DNA of 64,000 bases from Camelus ferus (lineage: Eukaryota): the NCBI RefSeq assembly GCF_009834535.1, contig NC_045697.1, forward strand, positions 13,766,001-13,830,000, read 5' to 3'. Below, piece after piece: positions 49,150 to 60,029 of this stretch. A program made the translations under genes and the position numbers. The notes under the pieces are model-generated. The model made no database searches, was not told the DNA's origin, and worked only from the letters and a program-made list of their open reading frames with translations. Within the stretch, counting starts at the first letter, position 1; the number at the start of each line of letters is the position of its first letter.

Positions 49150-50181
49150 TTCAGACGCCCCACATGTCATGCTGCCAGGTGAAGAGATATGAGAAAAGTA
49201 GGAAAATACAGCCCATAGTCAAGAGCAAAGTTAATCAACAGAAGCAAAATCAGAGATAGTTCAAATGGCATAATTGTCATCAAGGGCTCTAAGACAATTA
49301 CTACACAAGTGTTACAACATGCGTAGTGTAAGACTGAAAGAATGGCTGAAGGTGCATGTTTCTAAGAGAGGTACCAAATAAATAATAGGAAATCAAATTG
49401 ACATTTATGTACTAAAAATAGAATCTAAGAAACAAAAATTTATTAGACTATTTTGACAAATAAAGCAGAAGAAACAATTGGTGAACATAAAGATATGTCA
49501 ACAGTAATTGTCCAAACAATAGCACACGAGGAATATAAGGTTGGGAAAAACAAATCAAGGGGTCAGTGTCCTATGGGAAAATATTAAGTTAGTAAACATA
49601 TATGTATTTTGAGTCATAGAATGAGAAGATACAAAGAATTAGGTAGAAAAAGATTTAAATAAACAATAGCAAAACACTTTTAATTTAAAAATCTCAACTT
49701 ACAGACCCAAAAAGCACAGGAAACACTAAGGAAAATAAAAATAAAGACATTCATGCTTAGCCACAGCATAGTCAAGCTTTTGAAAACAAATATAAAGAGA
49801 AAATTCTGAAAGCAGCCACCAGATAAATATGCCCAATGAGTATAAGGGAAGGGGAGCCAGATGTCAGTGAAACATTATCTTTTAAAGTGTTCAAAGAAAA
49901 GAAACATCAACTTAGAATTTTATACCCAGTGAAAATATACTTCAAAACAAAGGCATAATGAGGAAATATTTAGATAAAAATACATCAAGATAATTTGTTT
50001 CTGATGTACCAACACTAAAATTAATGCTAAAAGGAGGTTTTCAGGCTAAAGTAGATGATAAAATATGGACACTGATATCTAGAGTAAAGAATAAGGATAA
50101 TTAATGATGGTTAATATGCTGGGAAATGTAAATAAAATATTTTCCTTTTCTTTCAATAAAATCTTAAAGAGAAAAATTGAC
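49150..50181 (+). mobile_element. Old L1 ORF1 relic (L1ME/L1M5-type)
   Basis: aagcagaagaaacaattggtgaac ... catagtcaagcttttgaaaac ... aaattctgaaagcagcc ... caacttagaattttatacccagtgaaaatatacttcaa are ORF1 motifs. Confidence 0.75.
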
Positions 50182-50250
50182 TTTTTAAATTGAAGTATAA
50201 TCAGTTACAATGGGTCAGTTTCTGGTGTACAGCATAATGTCCCTGTCATG
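50182..50250 (-). mobile_element. Very short lineage-specific L1 3' end, no TSD
   Basis: tttttaaattgaagtataatcagttacaatgggtcagtttctggtgtacagcataatgtccctgtcatg matches the termini of the other young L1s in this window. Confidence 0.85.
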
Positions 50251-50955
50251 TGTAATTCAGTATTTGGCACAAGAAGTGGCCCCAGGAAACACCCTTAAAA
50301 TTGGTTCCTGGGATGGGTAGGTAGCATATTTGAGAAACTCACAGATAGCTTCTTTGCTTCGGAAAATGGGACACTGATAATCCAGCAGGCTGTGACATCG
50401 TGATTAGTCAAATAGTCACTGGTGGTGGCATAAGATGAAGTACAGATGCAACAAAGGTGTTGGGAGATCAAGTGGCTGTGGCACTTAGTCACTATGGCAA
50501 CAGGGGTTATTACAAAGATTGTAGTGAGAGAAAAGAAAAACATGAAGGTCTGTTTTAGAGCATGAATGAAAAATCGGAGAGCTTCTATGGAAACTTAGAA
50601 GTGTCCCTTATCTTCAGTGACCATAGGGAAGAAATGAATGAAAATCACGCTCAAGAACTTAATGTAATCGCACAGTGGTTAAAGCCCACCAAATGAAAAA
50701 TACATCCACATGTCTTATGCTAAGGCAAGAGCACTCATGCAAAAAGAAGAAGACTCTAGGACATTTGGGCAGACAAGGGAAAGAATGAGAATTTCGAGCC
50801 TCCAAACTCCAGGCGTACTCAACTGTGATTTCAAAGGTTAACAAACTGGGTTTAAATACCCAAGGAGTGGTGTTCACTCCAAAAGGCCAGTTAATTTATG
50901 TTTGGGCTCAACTTTGGCTTTTAGTTAATGAGGAGGGAAATTCAGTGACACAGCA

Positions 50956-51134
50956 CAGTGGTTCTCAGCCTTGGCTGTACATTGGAATCACCAAAGAAGC
51001 TTTAAAAAAAGCATTAATGTCTAGGTCCCACCCACACAGAATCTGATCTTAACTTTCTGGGGACCATCCTGGGCACTGGGGTTTCTGAAGCTCCCCAGGT
51101 GAGTCTAATGTGCAGCCTGAGCTGAAAATCATTG
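50956..51134 (+). mobile_element. MER5B inserted in the ERV gag region
   Basis: cagtggttctcagccttggctgtacattggaatcacc ... gctccccaggtgagtctaatgtgcagcc ... aaatcattg. Confidence 0.9.
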
Positions 51135-52299
51135 ATAATGAAGAAGGAATCTGAAGGTTGAGGGGTATGGGGACACTAGAGTAGATTTATTATGTGTAAC
51201 CACCTCAGCTCCCCTCTACCAATCACCCTGAAAGGGCCTGGAGGGCCCTCCCTGAGCCAAAGCATCTTTGAAAATCCCTGTGGTCTCCTAGGAACCAAAG
51301 ATGACTGACGGTGGGAGATGCTGCAATAGAAACAGCTCAATATTCCAGTGGAAAACTGGCAAGCCAGTGTAGCAGAGGCCAGATTGAGGGGCTTAACCTT
51401 AGAAACAAAGTGTTTAAAATCACATTGCTAAGGCATGTATTGAATTGGTAGCAGGGTTCTCACTTACATTAACCTGTGTCAGTGGCTTTCTAACCACTGG
51501 GTCCCTCAGAATGAAATAGATGAGCAGCCTACTGAGGTGTAGCTTGATAGATAAAGCAGAAGATTTCAAGGTCTCATGTTGAAAATCTAATTCAGGTCAT
51601 CATAATGGTAATTCATAGCCTCTTATCCAGTTCCAACCCCTAAGTCAATATACATGCCTGAGGTTCCTGCATTGAAGGGGAAATCAGGTGCCTTTGAGAG
51701 AGGATTGCAATATAGCTGCTTGTAAATACTGTGTATTCCCCAAACTTTCTTTTTATGATCTCCAGTCATTCACCAGGTTACCCACAGGTGAAAGGGAATA
51801 CTTGGAACTTCCAGACGATTATTGAGTGAAGGCTCTGAATTGCCACTCATCACTGGGGATGGTACAGACTGGTACTCTAAATGCAGGCTGGTACCCTAAC
51901 TGGGCATTTATTGAAGTCAGGTGATAGTTGGAATCTTGACTTGCTTCATCTCAGAGAGAGTCTAACGGGACCACTGACTTATCCTATGGATTACTTCTGG
52001 GTTATTTACATTAGGATAAAGCAAGTGGAAGCTTCTAAATCTGTATCCATGGCTATGCTCCATCCCTGAGAATAATGCAGAACAGAATCACCACCAAATG
52101 CTTGAAAGATGTGTGGTGAGGGGTTCAAGGGATTCTTAATACAGGTCCAACTAACTCAGATTTTTGGCTGATGGAAAACAGGTCCTGGAGATTGACTGTG
52201 GATCATTACAAACAAAATCAGGCATTAATGCCTATGGCAGCTCTGCTTTCAGATGCAATATCTTTACTGGAAAAAAAACAATATGACCCCTGCCACTTG

Positions 52300-52483
52300 G
52301 ATGGTGAAAAGTATCATCCTTGCATCAGCAGCAGCAGCGTCACTTTAAAAACTTACTATAAATGCAAATTCTTGGGTCCCCTTCCAGAAAGACTAAATCA
52401 GAAACGTTAGAAGTGGGTCCCATAAATCTACATTAAAATCCTTTAAGATGATCATTTTGCACTTTCCTGTTAGAGAAACACTG
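52300..52483 (+). mobile_element. MER5A inserted in the ERV RT region
   Basis: cagcagcagcagcgtcac ... aaatgcaaattcttgggtcccc ... aatcagaaac ... gagaaacactg; RT homology resumes afterwards (ttttcccaattcc ... aagcaattcacc). Confidence 0.8.
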
Positions 52484-53209
52484 ACTTAATGTTTTAGTTT
52501 TCCCAATTCCTATCATGAAAAATACATACAAGCAATTCACCTTGGCAAGGATAGAAACTCATCTTCGTGGTCTAGTCAAGTTTCATGCTCTTTCATAATA
52601 TAAACTGGGGATAATTAAATCATGTTCATGTCGCATAAAATCAATGACCTTATGATGTTAAATGGGTCTATCAGTAGGAAGTGGCATGCCTTCGATGCCT
52701 CATTAAGACATCAGGGTACCAGGGGTTGAGAGCCTGAGCCTGTCGTACTGAGAGAACTGTAAAGTTTTAGCGGTCTGGGATAGGACAAGATATTTCTTCT
52801 AAAGTGAGAGATAAATTACTGAAACATGCACCACTTACTTTTAAGAGGCACAAAACTTGCTGAGCCTTTTTTAAATTGTGGAAGCAAAATACACTCCACT
52901 GTAGGCATGATGATCCGACTAATTCACTGGCTAATTCGTAAGGTGCCCTAAGACATGAGGTTGGAGCCTGAGCTAAAATGGCCCCTGCAGTACGTTTATG
53001 CTCCAGTACAAACTGCCACCATTCAGGTCCCATACCAGCAGAAGCAGTTGTTTAGTACAAACAAGAAAGTTACATGCAGCTTCCAGAAAATTCCAGAAGG
53101 AACATAACAGCACAATTCTACAGTTTTGCTATAAGATAATTTATACTTTTCTGCCAAAAATTCATATCCATCTGAAAATCAATTTTACACTTGCCATTGG
53201 CCTCTTTTA

Positions 53210-53296
53210 TTTATGTATTTTTTTAAATGTGAGTTTTCCTTTTTTTAATTGAAGCACAGTTGGTTACCATGTGTCAACTTCTGGTATCCAGCACAA
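53210..53296 (-). mobile_element. Short lineage-specific L1 3' end with double A-tail and 12-bp TSD
   Basis: ttttaattgaagcacagttggttaccatgtgtcaacttctggtatccagcacaa; TSD tggcctctttta (53198-53209) / tgggctctttta (53297-53308). Confidence 0.8.
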
Positions 53297-53389
53297 TGGG
53301 CTCTTTTAAATACTGCATATCTGACTACAGGTCTATGAGAAATGAACTTCTCATTATGAAATGATTATTATCACATTCAACTAAAATTA

Positions 53390-56300
53390 GATGTTAAAAA
53401 TTAACAGGGGCTGGATTTATCCTGAAAAACTAAACAAAACATATGAAACAATAGTTTTCAAAATACTGAACATCAGCAATGAAAAATTGTCATCCCTGAA
53501 AGAAGAGAAATAAATAATAGGAGGTTTCCAAGCTGTGGCTAAGAGACAAGGAACCTAGACGGAGCCCAGAGATCTCCCTGCGTTGGACAAGAAGGCGCTG
53601 GGAACTGGGGACAGAGAAAGCAGCTAAGTTTACCTGGCAAAGTACCAGAGTGAGAGCTGGGAGTGAAGAGACTTTCAGAGAGTCCCTCTAAAGACTTCCG
53701 CTGATCACTGGCCAGCTCATCCACGTGAGAAAACTATATGAAGCTTAAGAAGGAGTCACTTGAAAGAGTTATATAGAATAAATGCCTTGAAGATCACAGA
53801 GGACTTGGAGTTGCTCCTGTTCCCACCAGCTGGATTAGAAGGCCTCGCAACTCAAGGGGCAACAGTTTGAGTACCCAAAATATTTTGAGCTTGCTAGTTG
53901 GTTGAAATTAGTCCCAGGTTAAATGCTACTTATAAAAAAGCTTTTATTTTTTTAAAAAAAAAAAAAAAAAAAAAAAGACCAGAGGGTGGGAAGGGATAGA
54001 CTGGGATTTCAGAATTGTAGAATAGATAAACAAGATTATACTGTATAGCACAGGGAAATATACACAAGATCTTAAGGTAGCTCACAGAGAAAAAAATGTG
54101 ACAGTGAATACATATATGTTCATGTATAACTGAAAAATTGTGCTCTACACTGGAATTTGACAGAACATTGTAAAATGATTATAAATCAATAAAAAATGTT
54201 AAAAAAAAAAAAGACCAAAAAGCATCATATCTTTCCACATGTTCAAGAAGCTAGGGGAAAAATTAAACATTTTTTAAGTAGGACACAAAATATAAAACAG
54301 GGCTGAAGTTGATACTTTAGAGATAGAAACTGCAGTATCTGAGATGAGAAATAATTAATAGGTTAAGAGTAGATTAGAAATTTCAGGGAAAAAAGGATAA
54401 GTAAATTTGAAGAGTAACAGTCAAACCTATCCAAAATGAAACATGGAGAAAAAAAAGACTGAAAAAAACAAACATAACATCACGTGCTGTGGCATAGCTT
54501 CAAAAGGGCACTGTGTGATTAACCGGGGTCTCTAAACAGGAGGAGAGGAGAATGACAAAAATATTTGAAATTCTCTGTAACTGATAAAAATTATGAACCT
54601 ATAATTACAAGAAGCTCAGAAAACCTCAAGAAAAAAGCAACATGAGAAAAATAAACCATGAAACATCACCATCAGTTTGGGTAAACAAGTGAAGAGAGAA
54701 AAATCTTAGCATTGCCCAGTAGAATAAGATGCATTATGTAGCTAGGAACAAAAATAAGGAGAGTTTTCTTCATATGAAAAGCCAGAAGATGGTCAAGAAT
54801 ATGTTTAAACACAGAAAGAAAATTAACTACCAACCTAGAATGCCATATCTAATTAAAATATCTTTCAAACAACAAGGAGAAACTAAAGAAATTTTCAGAC
54901 ATATAAAAACTAAAAGACCTGCACTATAAGAAATGTACGACCAAAAAATTATACCAGGTGAAAATGTGCATCAACACAAAGAAATGAAGGGCACTAGAAA
55001 TGGTAACTGTATAGGAATATGTAAAATATTTTTCTAATAATTTAAATATTTTAAAAGATAATTGAATTTCAAATTAAAAAAAAATTAAAACTATGCATTT
55101 GGGGATTTACACAATAAAAAGAACTAAAAAGCATATAAAAGTAGCAGAAAGACTAGGAAGAGGAAAATGGAAATAAACTTTTGTGAGATTCTTATATTAT
55201 ATATGAGGAAGTATAATGTGACTTTAGGTTGACAGTGAGAAGTTAAAAATATACAGTCTCCACCAAAATAATATGACAGAGTTTTAGCTAATATGTTGAC
55301 AAAAAAATAGAAAGAAATCAAAGGATAGATAATGCAAATACAAAACAACAAAATAGTAAGTTTAAAGGCAAACATTCAAGTAATTGAATCAAATGTAAAT
55401 AGTCTAAATACTCCAACTAAAAGGCAGAGATTGTCAGATTGTACTTTAAAAAGTCAATTACTAACGGCATGTTGCCAACAAGTAATATACTTTAAATATA
55501 AAGCAACAAGGAACCTAAAAGTATGGTAATAGGTGTATTAGGTGAACAATTTTTTAAAAGGTGGTGTGGCTTTATTTATATTGGACATAGTAAATTTAGA
55601 ACAAATAATATAGCCAGGGATAAAGGTAGCTTTCTCATCCATCAAAGAGGTCAATTCATCAAGAAGATATATTTCTACATACTTATACATGTAATAATTA
55701 TAACAGCTTTTTAGGACAACTTCCAGGAGGCATCGATAAATCCAGAATTAAGAGTTGGATTTTAACACTTCGCTTCAATAGTGAATAGAATGAATAGACA
55801 GAAAATAAGTAAAAATATAGAAGGCTGAATAACATTACCAACTAATTTCATTCAAATGAAATGTATTGATCTCTCAACCTAATGATAACAGAACACACAT
55901 TGTTTTAAAGTACACACAAAATGTTTACCAAGAAAGTCCATTATATAGGCCATAAAATATTCTTAACAAAACTAAAAGGATTCAAATCTAACAAGCTATG
56001 TTTCTGATCACAGTGGAATTAGGTTTGTAATAAAAAACACAAGGACATGTGGAAACTAAATTTTGAAACCAACAACACATTTTTAAATAACCCATAGATC
56101 AAGGACATATCAAAAGGAAATTGGAAAATATATTGAAATAAGTGAAAATGAAAATCCAACATACAACAATTTGTGAGCCATAACTAAAGTAGTACTTAGA
56201 AATTTAGAGCAGTAAAGTCCTACATTCAAAAAGCAAAAATGTATCAAATCAATGATTCCATGTTTTACTTATTTTTTTTTAAAAATGGAAAAGCAATTAA

Positions 56301-56455
56301 ACCCAAGGTAAGTAAATGAAAAGTAATAATCACTATCATAGTGGAAATCAATGAAAGAGAAAATAGTACAGAAAATCTGTGAAATCAAATGATAGATCTT
56401 AAAAAAAATTCAATAAAATTGATAAACCCTTAACCATATTGATAGGAGCAAAAGA
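53390..56455 (+). mobile_element. L1MC-type 5' half (5' UTR, ORF1, ORF2 endonuclease), 3' half missing
   Basis: 5' UTR caaaacatatgaaacaatagttttcaaaatactgaacatcag; ORF1 ctaccaacctagaat; ORF 55332 SNVNSLNTPTKRQRLS is the EN start (NVNGLN.PIKR); tttctgatcacagtggaat (SDH motif). Confidence 0.85.
53982..54206 (+). mobile_element. Young camelid-type L1 3' end with perfect TSD
   Basis: gagggtgggaagggatagactgggatttc ... tgtatagcacagggaaatatacacaagatc ... aatcaataaaaaatgtt(A)n; TSD aaaaaagacca at 53971-53981 and 54207-54217. Confidence 0.9.
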
Positions 56456-56459
56456 CAGT

Positions 56460-56960
56460 ATTCACTGTAAGCTCAGAAATCAGGTAGACAAGATCTCCTG
56501 TCCTATAGATAACATTTTAATTCACTTCCCAGTTACCAAAACATTTTTCAAAAGACAAAGGACAATATGGTGCTGATAACAATGTTGGAGTATATACATT
56601 CTATTTGTTCAGTCAGCCAATAGATGAATCCAATTCTGAATCCTTATGTGATACCATCCTCTGGGGGCACTGGATAGCCATCTGGTAGATAAAGCAGGGA
56701 TATTTCCCAGTAGAACTTAATACATTCTCTGAATATGTGTTTACCAACCATGTCCATTGCACATCTGCCAGCACCACAATTGTAGACTTAAATGATGTTG
56801 TATCTATTGTCAAGCATTTCACACATTCCTCCCCACAAAGTAAGATGTTTAACAACAAAAATTTCGTAGAATTTATTGGTCTTGCCAAATCATCCATCTT
56901 CCAAAAGTAATTGGCTTGAAAGAGCTACAGAAGCCTTGATTATGGGACAGGCTACAGGAC
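56460..56960 (+). mobile_element. ERV-L integrase remnant (continuation of the provirus)
   Basis: gataccatcctctgggg ... gccatctggtagat (~YGTIPRGDQPATWWQVD); cttaatacattctctgaatatgtgtttacc (~IDTYSGYGFA); tctgccagcaccacaatt (~ASAKTTI). Confidence 0.75.
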
Positions 56961-57039
56961 AGAGGTCTAAATTCATGGTCCAGGAAAAAAGGCCACAAGT
57001 GCATCTCAAGTGGGAAAAGAGGTGGGTTTGTGCTGAATA

Positions 57040-57250
57040 CGCTTCATTTGTCCCTTCAAGTCCGTGATCTTTTCTTCTTCTCTCTGATCTACATCGTAGA
57101 TTGCATCAACACACTTCCTTAAACTCTAGTTGCTGGGATTCAGTCAATGGCAGGCACCAGCCAAAGATCAGAAGGCAGGAGAGTGATACTGTGGTGTTTA
57201 TCCCTCCAGTTCCCTCTTTTCCATGCCACAGATTGACACTAGAGTTGAGG
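57040..57250 (+). mobile_element. LTR33/LTR16-family LTR fragment (probable 3' LTR of the provirus)
   Basis: gggattcagtcaatggcaggcaccagccaaagatcagaaggcaggagag ... gtgtttatccctccagttccctc. Confidence 0.6.
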
Positions 57251-57361
57251 AAGATGAAGAATATAAAGTAAGAAAAGCATTCAAAAATAGACCATATAAT
57301 AGAAGGGATTTTCATTTTTTATGTTTATAGGAAATATATTCATTTTATATAAATCAATTAT

Positions 57362-57892
57362 ATTATTCAGTGTCCCAGGGAAAACAGATGGGCCATTCAA
57401 AAGGTTTTACCTGAAATTTAATGAAAAGGCTATTTGTGGAGATGTGGGCAGAGATAACAAAACGAAAAGGGATGTGGAAGTGTCCAGATATTAGCAACAA
57501 TGGGAACCCATTACTATCTTTACGGCCAAAGTTGGGGAAATTACATACTCAGAACTCAGTGAGAGTTGGCCCATAGGAGAGGGACCAAACCACAGGGAGA
57601 TGTGTCTGCAGAATCCAGACACTGCTGGAGCCAGGGCACAGAGGGAAATGATGGGGTGGGGAAAGGAGAATGGAGACTAAATAGCTTAAACTCTCTCTCT
57701 CACCTTCTCATTTCATGTTGTGACTTCTTGGCCAAACACAGCTAGAATCAAAAGAGCTAAAAAAAAAAATCAAGTGATGCAGTCTACAGAAGTTATAATT
57801 CCAGGGTGGAAAGCAATGCAGAGACCAACAGAGAAGAAAAATCTGGTGAGCGTGTGGTTTCGATTGGGGAATAGGGTTGGGGGCAAACAGCA
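57362..57892 (-). mobile_element. Old ERVL LTR (LTR67B/LTR79-like)
   Basis: ggaaaacagatgggccattcaaaagg ... ttaatgaaaaggctatttgtggagatgtgggcag ... tagcaacaatgggaacccattacta. Confidence 0.6.
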
Positions 57893-58199
57893 CACTGAGA
57901 AATCATTTTCAACTGATTTTGTTAATGAGAAAAATTGAAAACAAAAGACTGAGTGGAAGTATGTTCAGAAAAGTAACTTTTTTTTAAAAAATGCTTTGAG
58001 TCAAAAATCATAGTAAAACAAGAACATAAAAAAAATGTTCTTGGATTCAACACATTTATAACAGCTCCAAGAAGCTGCACTCAATAGTATGGCTTTGATT
58101 CTTTCTTCCTCTTGATTCTGTAGTACACGCTACGTTTTAAGGTTCAGAACAATGAATACTGCTGTGGATTCCCCTGGATCTCTGCAGTGATGTCTTTGG

Positions 58200-58900
58200 A
58201 AAAGGTAATTACTATAAATAGCCTCATTTTTGCTAAAAATTATAATATGAATTTTTTATATAAGAATAATAAATTAGCCCAAACAGCTGCCTCACTATTA
58301 TTCATCATAACAAACTTATGATGTAGCTAGTTGGAAAAAAATGCAATTTTCCTAAAGTGCCTCTTTGAATTATTCAAAGTTTCTGTTGCAGCTAATTAAT
58401 TTGATGCACTTTACTAAACTGAATCAATAAAAATAAACAAAATACTGAGCAGAAATAGGACAGATGCTGGTTGTGTTCTAGTTTCTTTGATATGATGCTT
58501 TATATATCTGCCTCAAACAAGTAGAAATTAATATAGTAAATTGATATTCTTTTAATGGGTTCTATACGTACAGCCATAGATATTAGCAATAATGATTTCA
58601 TATGCACTGTATGTAATACTCTAGTTGGATAACTGCGTAGTTTGTTTAGGGAATGAATGTCACTGACAAAAGCGGAAGTGAGAAGTGGGTCTTTATTAAA
58701 TACACCATCATTGCAAATGCTTCCTTATTTTACTCAGTTTTTAATTGCAAGATCAGCCTACTTATTTACATCATTTACATCTCCTGCATCTAACATAAGA
58801 CCTCTTTTTGGTAAAGTCATCACAAGAGAAATTATTAGGAGTGATAAAGAAATCCACATCACAATGGAAGACAAATGAATTCTTAAAATCGCATCCACTA
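58200..58900. promoter_or_regulatory. Candidate enhancer-like unique block (MEF2, E-box and ETS motifs)
   Basis: CTATAAATAG at 58212-58221, CAGCTG at 58284-58289, GCGGAAGTG at 58672-58680; no recognisable repeat. Motif evidence only. Confidence 0.3.
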
Positions 58901-59009
58901 AATTGCTAATGCGCCATTCCTCAGGCTACAGCCACGTGCCCCTTGCTTGGAACTTCTTTCTTCATTTAAGGCAGCATTCAGCTCAGATCCATCTGAGTTT
59001 ATGAAAGCA

Positions 59010-59200
59010 GAGACACCGAAGTCTGAGAATTCTAATCCCATCTCTGTCATTAATAAATTAAATGACCTTGGGCAACCTCTCAAGCCTCATCTCCTTCATC
59101 TAAAAGATGATGTTCTCGATTCAGTAGTCCCTTACTTCACAGTCTTGTTCGAAGGAATAACTGCCAATAGCTGCCAGGTATACGGAAAGCATTAAGCACT
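59010..59200 (+). mobile_element. MIR SINE
   Basis: ctgagaattctaatcccatctctgtcattaa ... tgaccttgggcaacctct ... ctccttcatctaaaagatg ... ggaaagcattaagcac. Confidence 0.75.
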
Positions 59201-59395
59201 AGATACATATTTCATTACGGGATGGAACCGTTATGACATTAAAGAATTTGATACAAAAAACCCCAAAAAAACAAAAAGGAAAGAAAGCAAAAGAAATCAT
59301 GTACTGGGAAATGGAATCAGAGAAATTAGATTTTTTTCCTTAGGCTACTTAGAAGTTTATCAGTAAGGTTAAAAAAAAAGCTTTCCGATGGTACC

Positions 59396-59718
59396 TGTTT
59401 TTAGTCCATTCAGGTTGCTATAAGAAAAATACCACAGACTGGATGGCTTAAACAACAAACAGTTATTTCTCGCAGTGCTGGAAGCTGGAAGTCCAAGGTC
59501 ACAGCACCAGCAGATTTGGCGTCTGGTGAGAGTCCACTTCCTGATTCCTGGACAACCATCTCCCACGGCCTCTTTTAGATGGGCACTAATCTCATTCATC
59601 AGAGCTCCACCAACATGACCTAATCACCCCCACAAAGGCCCCATATCTGAGTACCATCATGTGGGGAATTAGGCTTCAGCTTTTGAACACTGGGGGAACA
59701 AGCATGCAGTCCATAGCA
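59396..59718 (-). mobile_element. MLT1A0-like MaLR solo LTR
   Basis: tgtttttagtccattcaggttgctataa ... ccacagactggatggcttaaacaac ... ggaagtccaagg ... catgacctaatcacc ... cagtccatagca. Confidence 0.9.
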
Positions 59719-60029
59719 GCAGCTGTTGCAAAATCAAATCAACTAAGCCAGGTTTATGAGAGTATTTGTTTAGGAAAATGAACTCTATGCCCCAACAAGA
59801 TTTATGGTGAGGCAGAAATTTTACTAGAACATTTGTTTGTTCTACTTCGAGTAAATGTAGGTCAAGAAGGCCTTCTTTATAGACCCAAGGAAGAATCACA
59901 CGTGATGTGTGAGACTATTGCACATACCTTCCTGTCATCTCTTCTGCGTGGGGAGGTAAGTGGAGCGAATAGTGTACAATGTAAATGAATTCTACTCCAT
60001 TAAAAGATGACAGTAACATTTCCTAAATT

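Larger units (their letters stand above)
50260..53385 (+). mobile_element. ERV-L class internal region (ERV3-16A3-like): PBS-like start, gag, protease, RT; degraded
   Basis: ttggcacaagaagtggccccaggaaac start; protease-like cgattattgagtgaaggctctgaattgccactcatc (~LLDTGSELTLIPGD); ORF 52171 SWRLTVDHYKQNQALMPMAALLSDAISLLE (~SWRMTVDYRKLNQ..PIAAAVPDVVSLLE); ttctaaagtgagagataaattactg (~PSKVKDKLL). Confidence 0.85.

Noticed and set aside
50260..57250. Domesticated or intact ERV gene
   Set aside because: Every domain carries frameshifts, stops and insertions; no env-like ORF seen.
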